Source: Balanoglossus misakiensis
Taxonomy: Eukaryota; Animalia; Hemichordata
DNA length: 64,000 nucleotides
Direction of reading: 5' to 3'
Assembly (NCBI GenBank): GCA_040954595.2
Contig: CM082578.2
Span: forward strand, 2,586,831 to 2,650,830
The translations under genes and the position numbers were made by a program. Shown here one piece after another: positions 63,642 to 64,000 of the stretch; position 1 is the stretch's first letter, and each line of letters starts with the position of its first letter. Under the pieces are notes generated by a model. That model had not been told where the DNA came from. It did no database searches and saw only the letters and a program-made list of their open reading frames with translations.

Positions 63642-63762
63642 CACAGGTGCTCGTGGACTTGTGCTGTCACAGGGGAGAGCGAATGGGGGGATCTGCTAGG
63701 AGCGATTTCCTTCGCTCCCATTCGCTCTCCCCTGTGACAGCACACGTCCACGAGCACCTGTG
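63642..63762. mobile_element. Foldback MITE with P-element-like ends
   Basis: CACAGGTGCTCGTGGAC...GTCCACGAGCACCTGTG. 8-bp TSD ATCAAATC at 63634-63641 and 63763-63770. Confidence 0.8.
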
Positions 63763-64000
63763 ATCAAATCCACATAACGGGTCACACCGAGCACTTATGG
63801 ACACCGGCCAATGCATGTAGGAATTCACACGGTTTCCAAATTTTGTCGAAGTGATTTAGAAATGCACCGTGCGAGTGTACAAACGGAAATGTAATACGAG
63901 GTACGACTGCGTTCCAGTGTTTACTTACTGTGTACAGTATAGGAAAGTATACCACATGCACACTGTAAATCAAATTTTGGCGAAGATCTCTGAAAAAACT

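Larger units (their letters stand above)
60606..64000. repeat. Inverted arms 60606-60805 and 63801-64000; the right arm runs off the window
   Basis: 200 bp of essentially exact reverse complement. The ORF track shows the same peptide MIYSVHVVYF... on both strands. Confidence 0.9.

Overview
AT-rich, intron-containing eukaryotic DNA, most consistent with an invertebrate metazoan genome (inference from GT-AG introns and the transposon types). The backbone is a decayed, unprocessed partial copy of Integrator subunit 1 (INTS1). About 19 exons of its C-terminal half lie on the + strand (11935-59348), with in-frame stops, frameshifts, a dead splice donor, missing exons and a Tc1 insertion inside an exon. 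The introns are packed with nested transposons. These include a 5'-truncated Tx1/L1-clade LINE, an 11-kb long-TIR element (TAG...CTA ends) carrying an open five-exon gene of unknown function, three Helentron-type non-autonomous elements, and a DIRS-type retroelement with gag, RT/RNase H, adenine methyltransferase and tyrosine recombinase. There is also an intact hAT transposase element with a 6-bp TSD plus related MITEs, a Tc1 element with an unusual DD42E catalytic spacing, and many MITEs. The window ends in a degenerate C2H2 zinc-finger fragment between two inverted arms. All calls were made by reading the sequence by eye; no searches were run, and family names come from remembered motifs and terminal signatures.
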